Positions 11,719 through 20,650 are shown, numbered from the stretch's first letter. The stretch: 64,000 bases of DNA from Candidatus Uhrbacteria bacterium RIFCSPHIGHO2_02_FULL_46_47 (GCA_001790815.1 MGDU01000010.1:2621-66620), one strand, 5' to 3'. Notes: generated by a model from the sequence alone, not told the origin. Translations and numbers: made by a program.

Positions 11719-13026
11719 ATGAAATTACAATGTTCGCGTTCGTTCGTCCTTCTGTTCGTGTTCTTTAGTGTGTTTGCGCCTTTGGCGCAAGCAACGGATT
11801 TTACCAGCACGAATTTTATTTTGCGTGACCCAGTTGTGACAATTGAAGGAGGGTATTCAAGCTCAACAAATTTCCAATTTTTCAGCAGCACTGGTCAGAC
11901 CGCGATCGGAGAGACTACCAGCACAAGCTTTACCCAGCGCTCCGGATTTTTATATTTTCCAACAGCAACAACGCCGGCCATTGCCGCAACAGCCGGAAAT
12001 GGTGAAGTGAGTTTGAGCTGGAGCGCGGCGACTGGCTCGCTTGGTAATGTGACAAATTATCGCGTTGGCACCGCAACAGTTTCCGGCGGACCGTATACTT
12101 ATGAGTCAGTTGGAAATGTTTTGACTTTTACCAAAACAGGACTTACTAATGGCACAACATATTATTTTGTCGTGCAAGCGCAGGCCGCAACTGAAACCGT
12201 GGCAACTTCCGCGCAGGTCTCAGCCACGCCTGCCGCGCCCGCGCCGTCCGGTGGAGGCGGAAGCGCTGTTATTGCAACATCTGCTCCCTCTGGCGCAAGT
12301 GTAATGCTTTCCGGGTGGGCCTATCCATTAAGCAATGTCGTGGTACTCAAAGACGCGCAAGTGGCAATGCGCACCATTGCCGGTCCGGACGCGAAGTTTA
12401 CTGTTGCGGTCTCCGGGCTTTCCGCGGGAACCTATACATTTTCCGCGTACGCGGAAGATAATATAGGGCGGCGTTCACAATTGTTTAATTTCAGTATTTT
12501 TGCAACACAAAATGCCAGTACGCAAATTGGCGGGATATTTATCGCGCCCAGCATTGCAACCGACAAGGTACATGTCCGCGCGGGCGATGATATTGCCATT
12601 TTTGGGCAAAGCGTTCCCAATGGAGAAATCACTATCGCGGTTAATTCGCCGGAAGAGATTTTTGTAAAAACCGCTTCGGATGGAAATGGCGCGTACTTGT
12701 ACAACTTTGATACTGCGCAACTTACGACAGGGGAACATTTTACCAAATCAAAAGCGCGCCTTAACGGCGAAGTAAGCCCGTTTGGGGTCGCGGTGAGGTT
12801 TGGCGTTGGCAAGGAGAATATTTCTTCAGTTGCCGCGCCATGTCCCAAAACGGCCGATCTTAATAACGATTGCAAGGTGAACTTGATTGATTTTTCAATC
12901 GCGGCGTATTGGTATAAACGCGAGCTCAGTACTGCGTTTGCGGAACTGGAAAAAACGCGCTTGAATGGTGATGGGAAAATTGATTTGGTGGATTTTTCTA
13001 TCATGGCGTTTTATTGGACGGGATGA
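11719..13026 (+). CDS. secreted protein with fibronectin type III-like domain and C-terminal dockerin-like double Ca-binding repeat
   Basis: Signal peptide MKLQCSRSFVLLFVFFSVFAPLAQA. Fn3-like GEVSLSWSAATGS..NGTTYYFVVQAQA. C-terminal DLNNDCKVNLIDFSIAAYW / LNGDGKIDLVDFSIMAFYW matches the type I dockerin duplicated-segment pattern. Start chosen at the Met before the signal peptide (ORF track 11659). Confidence 0.6.
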   Translation: MKLQCSRSFVLLFVFFSVFAPLAQATDFTSTNFILRDPVVTIEGGYSSSTNFQFFSSTGQTAIGETTSTSFTQRSGFLYFPTATTPAIAATAGNGEVSLSWSAATGSLGNVTNYRVGTATVSGGPYTYESVGNVLTFTKTGLTNGTTYYFVVQAQAATETVATSAQVSATPAAPAPSGGGGSAVIATSAPSGASVMLSGWAYPLSNVVVLKDAQVAMRTIAGPDAKFTVAVSGLSAGTYTFSAYAEDNIGRRSQLFNFSIFATQNASTQIGGIFIAPSIATDKVHVRAGDDIAIFGQSVPNGEITIAVNSPEEIFVKTASDGNGAYLYNFDTAQLTTGEHFTKSKARLNGEVSPFGVAVRFGVGKENISSVAAPCPKTADLNNDCKVNLIDFSIAAYWYKRELSTAFAELEKTRLNGDGKIDLVDFSIMAFYWTG

Positions 13027-13028
13027 TT

Positions 13029-13056
13029 GAATGTAAAATGAAAAATGTAAAATTAA
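13029..13056 (+). promoter_or_regulatory. family G element: tandem TGTAAAAT extended -10-like boxes overlapping an MKNVKL start codon
   Basis: gaaTGTAAAATgaaaaaTGTAAAATta; copies at 15334, 20651, 39928, 55365. Confidence 0.45.
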
Positions 13057-13940
13057 AAATTATTGTTGTCCTAATGGTGCTCGCGCCTAATTTTGCGTAC
13101 GGAGCGGAGTTTTATTTTGGCACACAATCAAAAGAAATCGGCGTGGGGCAATTGGGAGAGGTCGGAGTGTTTTTAAATACTGATGATGCGCAGATTAACG
13201 CGATTGAAGGAAAAATTATATTTTCCGATAGTGTGACGGTGAAAGAAATTCGCGAAGGCGGTTCAATGATTAGTTTGTGGGTTGAGAATCCGTCACTGAG
13301 TGATGATGACCCTAATCACTCAGTGACGATCATGTTTAGCGGGATTATCCCCGGCGGCTACACCGGTAATCGCGGATATTTGTTCTCGATAATATTTGAA
13401 AAAACTAAAGTCGGCGATGTGAAAATTGAAGTGAATGATGCGCGCGCATTGCTTAATGACGGGCAGGGGACATCGACTGAAGTACGCGTATCGCCACTCA
13501 CGCTTGCGGTCGTAGAAAAAACTGGGGCGCCGGGATATTTGCCGCCTTATGATAATGAGCCGCCGGAATCATTTGTGCCGGAGATTGCGCAAGATCCGAA
13601 TTTATTTGATGGAAAATGGTTTGTTACATTTGCCACGCAGGATAAAATTTCTGGAATTGATCGTTATGAAATCGCATTTGGTTCACTTGGCAATTTCGTT
13701 CGTGTTGAAAGTCCGTTTGTCTTGCCACTCTGGAAACAGCTGGCTGGTGGAATTGTTAGGATTAAAGCCATTGATCGCGCTTCAAACGTTCGCATTGAAA
13801 CTTTACCAATCGCCATACCTTTGCCCTGGTATGAAGATTATCGGATTTGGGGTATAATCCTAGGAGGAGCTATTATTGTATACCTCATATTTCGTCTATG
13901 GAAGCAAAAACAAATAAAACACACAAAAAAACACGAATAG
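13038..13940 (+). CDS. membrane-anchored protein with cohesin-like domain
   Basis: Signal MKNVKLKIIVVLMVLAPNFAYG. Domain GVGQLGEVGVFLNTDDAQINAIEGKIIFSDSVTVKEI...VKIEVNDARALLNDG fits the cohesin beta-sandwich pattern; C-terminal TM (IWGIILGGAIIVYLIF). Contains the in-frame family D palindrome (PSLSDDDPNHSVT). Confidence 0.5.
   Translation: MKNVKLKIIVVLMVLAPNFAYGAEFYFGTQSKEIGVGQLGEVGVFLNTDDAQINAIEGKIIFSDSVTVKEIREGGSMISLWVENPSLSDDDPNHSVTIMFSGIIPGGYTGNRGYLFSIIFEKTKVGDVKIEVNDARALLNDGQGTSTEVRVSPLTLAVVEKTGAPGYLPPYDNEPPESFVPEIAQDPNLFDGKWFVTFATQDKISGIDRYEIAFGSLGNFVRVESPFVLPLWKQLAGGIVRIKAIDRASNVRIETLPIAIPLPWYEDYRIWGIILGGAIIVYLIFRLWKQKQIKHTKKHE
13290..13328. repeat. palindromic insertion element, family D, in-frame in the cohesin-like gene
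   Basis: ccgtcactgagtgat-gatgaccctaa-atcactcagtgacg. Confidence 0.75.
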
Positions 13941-15331
13941 CAACACGAAAGTACACGAAACTTTTAGTGTTTTTTAGTTTATTACTCGTGCCTTTTAGTG
14001 TAGTAAAAGCGGCGCCGGCAAGTTTGTTTTTATCTCCGGCTTCCGGAACATACGGATTGAACCGTACGTTTTCGGTTGATATTGTAGTGGCAACTCCGGG
14101 TGAATCCATGAACGCAGTCCAAGGTACAGCGCGGTTTGACGCGGATCGCTTGGAAGTAGTTTCCTTAAATAAGGACGGATCAATTTTAAGTCTTTGGATT
14201 CAGGAGCCCAGGTTTTCTAATCGTGAGGGGACTGTAACATTTGAAGGGATACGGTTAAATCCCGGTTATCAAGGTACGGCGGGGAAATTGCTTACGGTCG
14301 TATTTAAAACCAGAGCGCTGGGAACCGCGAAACTGAATTTTTCATCCGCGTCAGTTTTGGCAAATGACGGCAAGGCAACCAATATCATTACGGCGCTGGG
14401 AACCGCGGCGTATCAAATCGTAGTGCCGGAGCTTGCGCCGGAGGAAATTGACGCGACAGAAGGCGTTTTGCGCGAAACTAATATTATTTCTCCCACCCAT
14501 AGTAATCCGGAAAAATGGTACGCGCTTCGGGCGGTTCAATTTGAATGGACGTTGCCTTCTTCGATTGATGGCGCATCCTTTGTCGTCAATCAAGAGCCGG
14601 ATACTACTGTGCGAGAAAAATCGTTCGGACGATTATCAAGTTATACCTACGAGGTTGCCGAGGACGGCCTATGGTATTTTCACCTGCGCCTGCGCAATCC
14701 CAAGGGATGGGGACTGACCAGCCATTTCAAATTCCAGGTTGATACCGTTGCGCCCGAGCCATTTACTATCTCGTTTATTGATGGCAGAGAAACTGATCTG
14801 CCCCAGCCGCGGATTTTTTTCTTTGCCAATGATGCAGTTTCGGGAATTGAATATTATGAGGTAAAGGTAGATGAGGGCAGTTTTTTCAGAGTCGCCCCTG
14901 AGGAGCTTATGAGCGCGCCAGTATCTCTTCCCTCGCTTTCTCCCGGCATACATACAGCGTTTGTGTATGCCTATGATCGCGCTGGCAATGTTAGGAGTTC
15001 GGCTGAAGAATTTTCCGTTGTGGCGCCAAAAGCAACGCGTTCGGTTTTGCGCATTGGAAAAGTACAGGTGCCTTATTTTGCGGTTGTCGCAATCTTGATT
15101 GGATTTGCCCTTGCGCTTATTTTCATTTTGTTGCTAGCCTGGTGGCAATTCTTACGTTTTCGCAAAAAACTCAAAAAAGAAGCGCATGAGGTGGAAGAGG
15201 TTCTGCATAAATCTCTTGATCGGATACGCGAGGATGCCGGTAGAAGGTCTGGTAAGATTAAAAAAGACGCTGATGACGCGGAAAAGGCGGTGCGGAAAGA
15301 GATTGAGGATATTGAAAAGGAGGTGAAGTGA
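13898..15331 (+). CDS. membrane-anchored protein with cohesin-like domain (paralog of 13038 gene) and charged C-terminal tail
   Basis: Signal-anchor KLLVFFSLLLVPFSVVKA. Domain FSVDIVVATPGESMNAVQGTARFDADRLEVVSLNKDG..GKLLTVVFKTRALGTAKLNF; C-terminal TM (VVAILIGFALALIFILLLAWW) then a Lys/Glu-rich tail. Start uncertain (ORF track 13847; overlaps the upstream gene). Confidence 0.5.
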   Translation: MEAKTNKTHKKTRIATRKYTKLLVFFSLLLVPFSVVKAAPASLFLSPASGTYGLNRTFSVDIVVATPGESMNAVQGTARFDADRLEVVSLNKDGSILSLWIQEPRFSNREGTVTFEGIRLNPGYQGTAGKLLTVVFKTRALGTAKLNFSSASVLANDGKATNIITALGTAAYQIVVPELAPEEIDATEGVLRETNIISPTHSNPEKWYALRAVQFEWTLPSSIDGASFVVNQEPDTTVREKSFGRLSSYTYEVAEDGLWYFHLRLRNPKGWGLTSHFKFQVDTVAPEPFTISFIDGRETDLPQPRIFFFANDAVSGIEYYEVKVDEGSFFRVAPEELMSAPVSLPSLSPGIHTAFVYAYDRAGNVRSSAEEFSVVAPKATRSVLRIGKVQVPYFAVVAILIGFALALIFILLLAWWQFLRFRKKLKKEAHEVEEVLHKSLDRIREDAGRRSGKIKKDADDAEKAVRKEIEDIEKEVK

Positions 15332-15333
15332 CG

Positions 15334-15367
15334 GAATGTAAAATTAAAAATGTAAAATGAAAAATGA
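15334..15367 (+). promoter_or_regulatory. family G element (tandem TGTAAAAT boxes) at the murF start
   Basis: ggaaTGTAAAATtaaaaaTGTAAAATgaaaaatg; supplies the MKNE.. start. Confidence 0.45.
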
Positions 15368-16763
15368 GTGTATGAAGGAAGTAGTAATATCTATCCTCCA
15401 GGTATTTGCCAAGCTCATTTTGCAAAAATATAAACCCACTATTGTCGCTATAACCGGTTCGGTTGGAAAAACGTCAACCAAAGAGGCAATTTACGCGGTT
15501 CTTGCTTCAAAATTTTCCGTACGCGCGACGCCCAGAAATTATAATAATGAATTGGGCGTACCGCTGACTATAATTGGAGCAGGACTTAGCCCTGAGCGTG
15601 AAAGGGCTAAGTCCTTGTTTCTTGGAAAGTCACCTTTTCGCTGGTGTAGAGTATTTTGCAGAGCATTGTGGCAAATTATCATGCCTGCGCGCTATCCGGC
15701 AATATTAGTGCTGGAGATGGGAGCAGATCGGCCAAAAGACATACAAAAACTCGTAAAACTTGCTCCGCCAAAAATTGGGGTGGTAACTGCTATTGCGCCA
15801 GTGCATACTGAATTTTTTGGCGATGTGGAAAAAGTGGCGCGTGAAAAAAGGCGTCTTGTTGAAGCAGTGCCAAAGCAGGGGACAGTGGTATTAAATATAG
15901 ATGATGAAATGGTGCGTGAGTTTGCAAAGCATGCAAAAAGTACGGTTGTTGGTTATGGAATTGAGAGCAATGAGGCAGAAGTAAGGGCAGTTGAGGTGCA
16001 TGATGATATTGAAATAGGGGGAAGCCGAACCTCCGATGCTTCGGAGGTTCGGCTTCCAGACATTGAATTAGGCAGTATTCATTTCAAAATTATAACTGAC
16101 GGCTCTGCCGTGCCCGTGCATTTGCCTAGTGTGTTGGGCCACGCCCACGTGTACGCGGCGCTTGCCGCTTGCGCAGTGGGACGCGCGTTTGGAATGCACA
16201 TGGTTGAAATTTCCCGTGCGCTGTTAAATTATGCTCCGCCTCCCGGCCGCATGCGAATTATTGCTGGCATTAAAAATACGGTGATCATTGACGATACTTA
16301 CAATGCTTCTCCGCGGGCAACTGTAGCCGCCCTTGAAACACTTGGAGGGCTAAGCCCTTTTTCAAAATCAGGGCTTAGCCCTGTGCGTTACGCCGTGCTT
16401 GGCGATATGCTGGAGTTAGGGCCTTATACAGAATCCGGCCATCGCGAAGTGGGCCGCGTTGCGGCGCAAAATGCCGATGTAGTTATTGGCGTGGGTGTCA
16501 GTGCGCAATGGCTTGTTGATGAGGCAAATAAAACCCGTCTAAATTTACCCTCTGCTGAAGGAAATTTTGTCGGGCATTTGCATACCCATGACGAAGCCGA
16601 ACATTTTTTGCAGGAGCGAATACGGCCGGGCGATGTGATACTGATCAAAGGATCTCAAAGCATGCGCATGGAGAAGCTCGTCAAAGGTCTAATGGCTGAA
16701 CCTTTGCGCGCGGATGAATTATTATGCCGACAAGAAAAAGAATGGTTGACACGACAACACTAA
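15357..16763 (+). CDS. murF: Mur ligase family protein, MurF-like (UDP-MurNAc-pentapeptide synthetase)
   Basis: P-loop ITGSVGKTSTKE and MurF-type NNELGVPLT motif. The usual N-terminal domain is missing, and it carries two in-frame family B palindromes (GLSPERERAKSL; GGLSPFSKSGLSP). Confidence 0.65.
   Translation: MKNECMKEVVISILQVFAKLILQKYKPTIVAITGSVGKTSTKEAIYAVLASKFSVRATPRNYNNELGVPLTIIGAGLSPERERAKSLFLGKSPFRWCRVFCRALWQIIMPARYPAILVLEMGADRPKDIQKLVKLAPPKIGVVTAIAPVHTEFFGDVEKVAREKRRLVEAVPKQGTVVLNIDDEMVREFAKHAKSTVVGYGIESNEAEVRAVEVHDDIEIGGSRTSDASEVRLPDIELGSIHFKIITDGSAVPVHLPSVLGHAHVYAALAACAVGRAFGMHMVEISRALLNYAPPPGRMRIIAGIKNTVIIDDTYNASPRATVAALETLGGLSPFSKSGLSPVRYAVLGDMLELGPYTESGHREVGRVAAQNADVVIGVGVSAQWLVDEANKTRLNLPSAEGNFVGHLHTHDEAEHFLQERIRPGDVILIKGSQSMRMEKLVKGLMAEPLRADELLCRQEKEWLTRQH
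15581..15615. repeat. family B palindrome in-frame in murF
   Basis: aggacttagccct-gagcgtgaa-agggctaagtcct (12-bp perfect inverted repeat). Confidence 0.75.
16347..16383. repeat. family B palindrome pair in-frame in murF
   Basis: gggctaagccc..agggcttagccctg. Confidence 0.75.
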
Positions 16764-16795
16764 GTGATGTACAACACGCAGTGTTGTACGTGTTA

Positions 16796-16870
16796 GGCCC
16801 TATCGTCTAGTCCGGTCTAGGACATCTGCTTCTCAGGCAGAAGACCGGGGTTCAAATCCCCGTGGGGCTA
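16796..16870 (+). tRNA. tRNA-Glu (anticodon CUC)
   Basis: 75 nt: acceptor GGCCCTA/TGGGGCT (2 G-U), D-arm GTCTAG..GAC, anticodon stem TCTGC/GCAGA with loop TTCTCAG (U33, CTC, A37), T-arm CGGGG-TTCAAAT-CCCCG, discriminator A. CCA is not encoded. Confidence 0.75.
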
Positions 16871-16879
16871 TGGTATAAT
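16871..16879 (+). promoter_or_regulatory. extended -10 promoter (TGgTATAAT) immediately after the tRNA, for the 16909 gene
   Basis: Perfect TGnTATAAT 30 nt upstream of the ATG at 16909. Confidence 0.5.
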
Positions 16880-16908
16880 TAAACTATAATTCAATAATTA
16901 CTAATTTT

Positions 16909-18129
16909 ATGCCCAATCTTTGTTATTTTTGCCATTTTCATCGTGGGGATAAGAAGGAGAAAACAATTAAAATCGGGGGAAGTCTTTTAGTCGCAATAGC
17001 GCTTTTTATATTTGGATTTTCCATACAAATAAGTTCAGCGTCCGAGCAAGAGGCAGATTTTCTCGCCGCGTTAGTTCCTGAACCGGGATATTTGATAATG
17101 GCCGCAACCGACGCGGAAACAACAATGCCCGCGCCAATGTCTGTTTCCGAGCCGACTGCGCAAAGCGGCGGCACGGAAACAAAGTGTCCGTCGGGCGAAG
17201 AATATGGGAAAAACGATCAAGGGCAAATGACCTGTGTTAGGCGCGAAGAGGGTATGGAAATGAAAGGAGAAATGGACAATGAAAAGCAGGATGCGCAACG
17301 GGAGGAATTTGAAAAAGCGCAAATGGAGCGCGAGCGGAATGAGATTTTAAAGCGCCAACTTCCGCAACAGCGCCGGGAGCTTAACAAAGTTGTCAAGCAA
17401 TTAAAACGATTGAAAGGCGCCGATGACGATGTTGCATCCGCGCAAATAATTGCGGAATCTTTGAATACTCATGAGAGCGCGATTAAGAACGCGCGGGAAG
17501 TAGAGGATATGCGCGACGCGATTTCCGCGTATCGCGAAGACGAGATGTGGGAAAAGATTAATGATGTGCGGCGAAAAGTAGAGCTTCCGCGGGAACTAAA
17601 CTCTCTTTATAAAGAGTTGAAAAAAATTGAAAAAATATTGGCAACCAAATCATACCAAAAGCTTGGCTATAATTTAGAGGCGGTAAAAGCGCGATTGCAG
17701 GAATTATTTGCGATGCACAGCTCAGCCAAAGCCGCCTACGCAGAAGGAAACTTTGAAGACGCGGAAGCAACGCTTCAGGAGTTTCATAATAATTTTCCGG
17801 GCAATCTTCTTGGCGCGCTTGGCCGTTTGCGCGATATGCGCAATCAATTGCGCGGCATTAAAGATAAAGACTTCAAAGCCGATATAGAAGATTTACTGCA
17901 GGATCCGCTTGCGGACATTAATAGCGGTGAATGGCAAGACGCGCGTGAGTCGCTGGATGCGATTTGGCGCGAGCTTGGGCCGGTCGTTTGGCAGAAAATT
18001 ATGCGCAGTGAGAAAAACCGCAGCGGCGTGCCAGAAGAGATGTTTGAAAAGATTCAGAAACTGAAAGAAAAACTTGGTGAAGAAGGAGAAGAACCGCAAA
18101 CGCAAATGCCGCAGTCAACACCACAATAA
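16909..18129 (+). CDS. secreted/membrane-anchored Glu/Lys/Arg-rich coiled-coil protein, hypothetical
   Basis: N-terminal TM (LLVAIALFIFGFSIQISSA) followed by about 300 aa of highly charged predicted coiled coil. Confidence 0.55.
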   Translation: MPNLCYFCHFHRGDKKEKTIKIGGSLLVAIALFIFGFSIQISSASEQEADFLAALVPEPGYLIMAATDAETTMPAPMSVSEPTAQSGGTETKCPSGEEYGKNDQGQMTCVRREEGMEMKGEMDNEKQDAQREEFEKAQMERERNEILKRQLPQQRRELNKVVKQLKRLKGADDDVASAQIIAESLNTHESAIKNAREVEDMRDAISAYREDEMWEKINDVRRKVELPRELNSLYKELKKIEKILATKSYQKLGYNLEAVKARLQELFAMHSSAKAAYAEGNFEDAEATLQEFHNNFPGNLLGALGRLRDMRNQLRGIKDKDFKADIEDLLQDPLADINSGEWQDARESLDAIWRELGPVVWQKIMRSEKNRSGVPEEMFEKIQKLKEKLGEEGEEPQTQMPQSTPQ

Positions 18130-18140
18130 ATGAGGAGACC

Positions 18141-18377
18141 ATGCCGCTCAACACCGAGGAAAGAGTTGCGCGTGAGATCGAAGATGAGTTCATACGTCTG
18201 CAAAGCCAGGGCAAGATCTTGGAGGGGGTAAAGCTCAAGATCGTGCAGGAAAGGAGTCAGGATCCGGAATTTGTTTGGCAGATTGCGGCGTACAACGCGA
18301 TAACCCTTCATCGGATAATCCAGATCGAGTCCAAGCCGTTTAAGCTCAGAAGGCAGTCGTGGATTACCCTGCCGTAA
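18141..18377 (+). CDS. small hypothetical protein
   Basis: 78-aa ORF with GAGGAG RBS 5 nt upstream; followed by a strong terminator. Confidence 0.45.
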   Translation: MPLNTEERVAREIEDEFIRLQSQGKILEGVKLKIVQERSQDPEFVWQIAAYNAITLHRIIQIESKPFKLRRQSWITLP

Positions 18378-18406
18378 GCGCGCCTCGCCGCGGCAGTCTG
18401 TACATG

Positions 18407-18440
18407 GCCAAGGTGGCAGAAGAGCACCTTGGCTTTTTTC
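18407..18440 (+). terminator. rho-independent terminator
   Basis: GCCAAGGTG-gcagaagag-CACCTTGGC followed by TTTTTTCATT. Confidence 0.7.
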
Positions 18441-18494
18441 ATTGAGTTTGTTATACTGGAAGATGTCAATATGCCCGCCTAAGTTTTTGCACAT

Positions 18495-18758
18495 ATGTTC
18501 TCGTACGTGTATATTTTAAGAAGCGAAAAAGATGGCAAGATGTATATAGGATGCACTGATAATCTACAAAAACGCCTACGAGAACATAACGCAGGTGGGT
18601 CATTTGCCACACAAACCAGGATACCGCTAACGCTTATTTACTATGAAGCTTATCCCCATAGAAAAGATGCTGAACAACGCGAGAAATTTTTCAAAACAGG
18701 ATGGGGTAGACAATATATGCAACGAGCTCTAAAACATTACTTTAGTGCAAAAATTTAG
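18495..18758 (+). CDS. GIY-YIG nuclease domain protein
   Basis: YVYILRSEKDGKMYIGCTDNLQKRLREHN matches the GIY-YIG core (GIY..YIG..R..H/N). Confidence 0.75.
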   Translation: MFSYVYILRSEKDGKMYIGCTDNLQKRLREHNAGGSFATQTRIPLTLIYYEAYPHRKDAEQREKFFKTGWGRQYMQRALKHYFSAKI

Positions 18759-18764
18759 GCGGGT

Positions 18765-19037
18765 ATGACGAATGTGGATGAATTAAAAAGCAAGCTTACG
18801 CAGGAGAATTTTACCGAAGTTTGGCTGCGCACTGAGCCGGCAGGGTATGCCTATGATGATCATACCCATCCGGTGGATACGGTATATATTGTAATAACCG
18901 GCGAACTGGTTACCAATACCGGCGGAAAAGAAGCAACGATCGGGCCGGGTCAGCGCTGGGATGTTCCGAAAAATATGCCGCATTCCTCGCACATTGGTCC
19001 TGAGGGATGCACCTATCTCACTGGCGTAAAAATGTGA
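18765..19037 (+). CDS. cupin domain protein
   Basis: 90 aa; His-rich cupin motifs (HTHPVDTVYIVITGE ... GPGQRWDVPKNMPH). Confidence 0.6.
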   Translation: MTNVDELKSKLTQENFTEVWLRTEPAGYAYDDHTHPVDTVYIVITGELVTNTGGKEATIGPGQRWDVPKNMPHSSHIGPEGCTYLTGVKM

Positions 19038-19055
19038 GTGTAGTATAGTAGATGT

Positions 19056-19607
19056 ATGTTAGGGGGAATACAGCAGTTAGTCTCAAGCATCAATTGGTCT
19101 CGGCCAAGCTGGGATTTATTCATTTTTTTGTTTTTCTTTATTATCGCGTTTTTGTACGGTTTTTCTTTGGGACGCGACCGTATTTTAGTGATTTTAGTTT
19201 CCATCTATATTGCCCTGGCGGTAGTTCCCGCCTTTCCTTATCTTGATCGTCTACATCTTGATGTGTCAGTGCAGGGTTTTGCATTCCGCGTAACCTCGTT
19301 TTACATTGTATTCGTAGTTTTGTTTTTCCTGTTATCTCGCTCCGCGCTTGTGAATCTCTTGGGCGCGCAAAACACAGGAGTGGGAGATCGTTTAATTGAG
19401 GTTATTATTTTTAGTATTTTGCACGTTGGACTTTTAGTTTCTGTTACGCTCTCTTTTTTACCTCAAAATGCCCTGATGCAGCTTTCTACCGGCACGCGCG
19501 AAGTATTTACCTCTGATATGGGCAAGTTTTTGTGGCTTGTCGCGCCGGTAATCGCAATGATTATATCTTCACACCATCGATGGCGAAGAGGAGGATTCCA
19601 GGGCTAA
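19056..19607 (+). CDS. integral membrane protein (4-5 TM), possibly CvpA-like
   Basis: Multiple hydrophobic helices; the stop codon lies inside a family B palindrome. Confidence 0.45.
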   Translation: MLGGIQQLVSSINWSRPSWDLFIFLFFFIIAFLYGFSLGRDRILVILVSIYIALAVVPAFPYLDRLHLDVSVQGFAFRVTSFYIVFVVLFFLLSRSALVNLLGAQNTGVGDRLIEVIIFSILHVGLLVSVTLSFLPQNALMQLSTGTREVFTSDMGKFLWLVAPVIAMIISSHHRWRRGGFQG

Positions 19608-19636
19608 GCCCTGTGGCATCTTAGGGCTTAGCCCCG
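19599..19636. repeat. family B palindrome pair (intergenic, overlapping the stop of the 19056 gene)
   Basis: cagggctaagccctg-tggcatct-tagggcttagccccg. Confidence 0.75.
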
Positions 19637-19642
19637 TATGTG

Positions 19643-19651
19643 TGCTATAAT
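19643..19651 (+). promoter_or_regulatory. extended -10 promoter (TGcTATAAT)
   Basis: 21 nt upstream of the ATG at 19673. Confidence 0.45.
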
Positions 19652-19672
19652 GGAGTGATATATAGTATAGTT

Positions 19673-20644
19673 ATGTTGTCCAGAAAACAACTCTCCATTT
19701 CGATTATTTCCTCCTTACTGATTAGTGTGGGCGGGGCATTTGTGCTGGGAGGAGTGCAGGCGCAAGTAACCTGTACAACCGATGCGAATTGCGTGAGTCT
19801 TGGCCCGGAATTTCGCTGTGTGTCCAGTCGCTGTAATCTTCCGCCGCCGATTTGGAATGTGGATGGAACAGGACTGGCAAGTGGCGGTCAAAACGCGCAG
19901 ATTTTTTTAACCGGTAGCGCCGCCACGAATTCAGCGCGATTTGGAAATTTGCAAATTGGTTTTGGAAATCAAATTAACAATCTTGCAACAAGCGGTACTG
20001 CGCGCGAAGTTGCTGTACAATATCAAAGTGGCAATCAGGGGTTTACAGTGTATAATGGAGGTACAGAGCCACGTCTGCGTGTGGATAGCGCTGGCAATGT
20101 AAGCATTGCGCAAGGGCTGAATGTAGGAGGCGCGACTGGCGCAGGCGCAGGGGAAATTCTTGCATCAGGCAATATCCAAAGTACAGCCGGTATGATTCGC
20201 GGAAATTTTGTGGCTAGTGATGGGACAGTTTGCGCAAGCGGACAAATTCTTCAGCGCAGTGGCGCCGCCTGGGTGTGCGCAGCGCTTGCCGGGCCATGCA
20301 ATGGCGCGGTGTATGAGCAACCTTCGGCGCTTTCAAGGGACGGCAATCGCGGAGGATATTTGAGCGCCCGTATTGAATGTCCTCCTGCAATGCATATCTG
20401 CACAACATCGGAGATTCTTGAAAGCATACAATGCGGCGCGTTTTCTGGAAATGATACCAACGGAGGAGCGCCGATGTGGATTAACAATCTTGCGCCATCT
20501 CTTCCAACGCCGACCAATGACTGTGGAGGTTGGACAACAAATGCAAGCGCCTCTGTAGGAGTGGTGTATACTTATAATGCGGCCGGAGGAGTGGCCGGCA
20601 CTGCCGGATGCAATAGTGTACTTAAATTCGCCTGTTGTCAATGA
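19673..20644 (+). CDS. secreted Cys-rich fibre-like protein, paralog 1 (conserved C-terminal ..SEILESIQCG..NDCGGW..FACCQ domain)
   Basis: Signal peptide, then a Cys-rich N-terminus and Gly/Ala/Asn repeats. The C-terminal about 110 aa are shared with the 20667 and 22271 proteins (HxCTTSEILESIxCG, NDCxGW, ACCQ end). Start at the Met after the promoter (ORF track GTG 19640). Confidence 0.6.
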   Translation: MLSRKQLSISIISSLLISVGGAFVLGGVQAQVTCTTDANCVSLGPEFRCVSSRCNLPPPIWNVDGTGLASGGQNAQIFLTGSAATNSARFGNLQIGFGNQINNLATSGTAREVAVQYQSGNQGFTVYNGGTEPRLRVDSAGNVSIAQGLNVGGATGAGAGEILASGNIQSTAGMIRGNFVASDGTVCASGQILQRSGAAWVCAALAGPCNGAVYEQPSALSRDGNRGGYLSARIECPPAMHICTTSEILESIQCGAFSGNDTNGGAPMWINNLAPSLPTPTNDCGGWTTNASASVGVVYTYNAAGGVAGTAGCNSVLKFACCQ

Positions 20645-20650
20645 TATGAC

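Noticed and set aside
18054-18494. Minus-strand ORF of 146 aa
   Set aside because: It overlaps the plus-strand 18141 gene (good RBS) and a plus-strand terminator. Its product is composition-biased.
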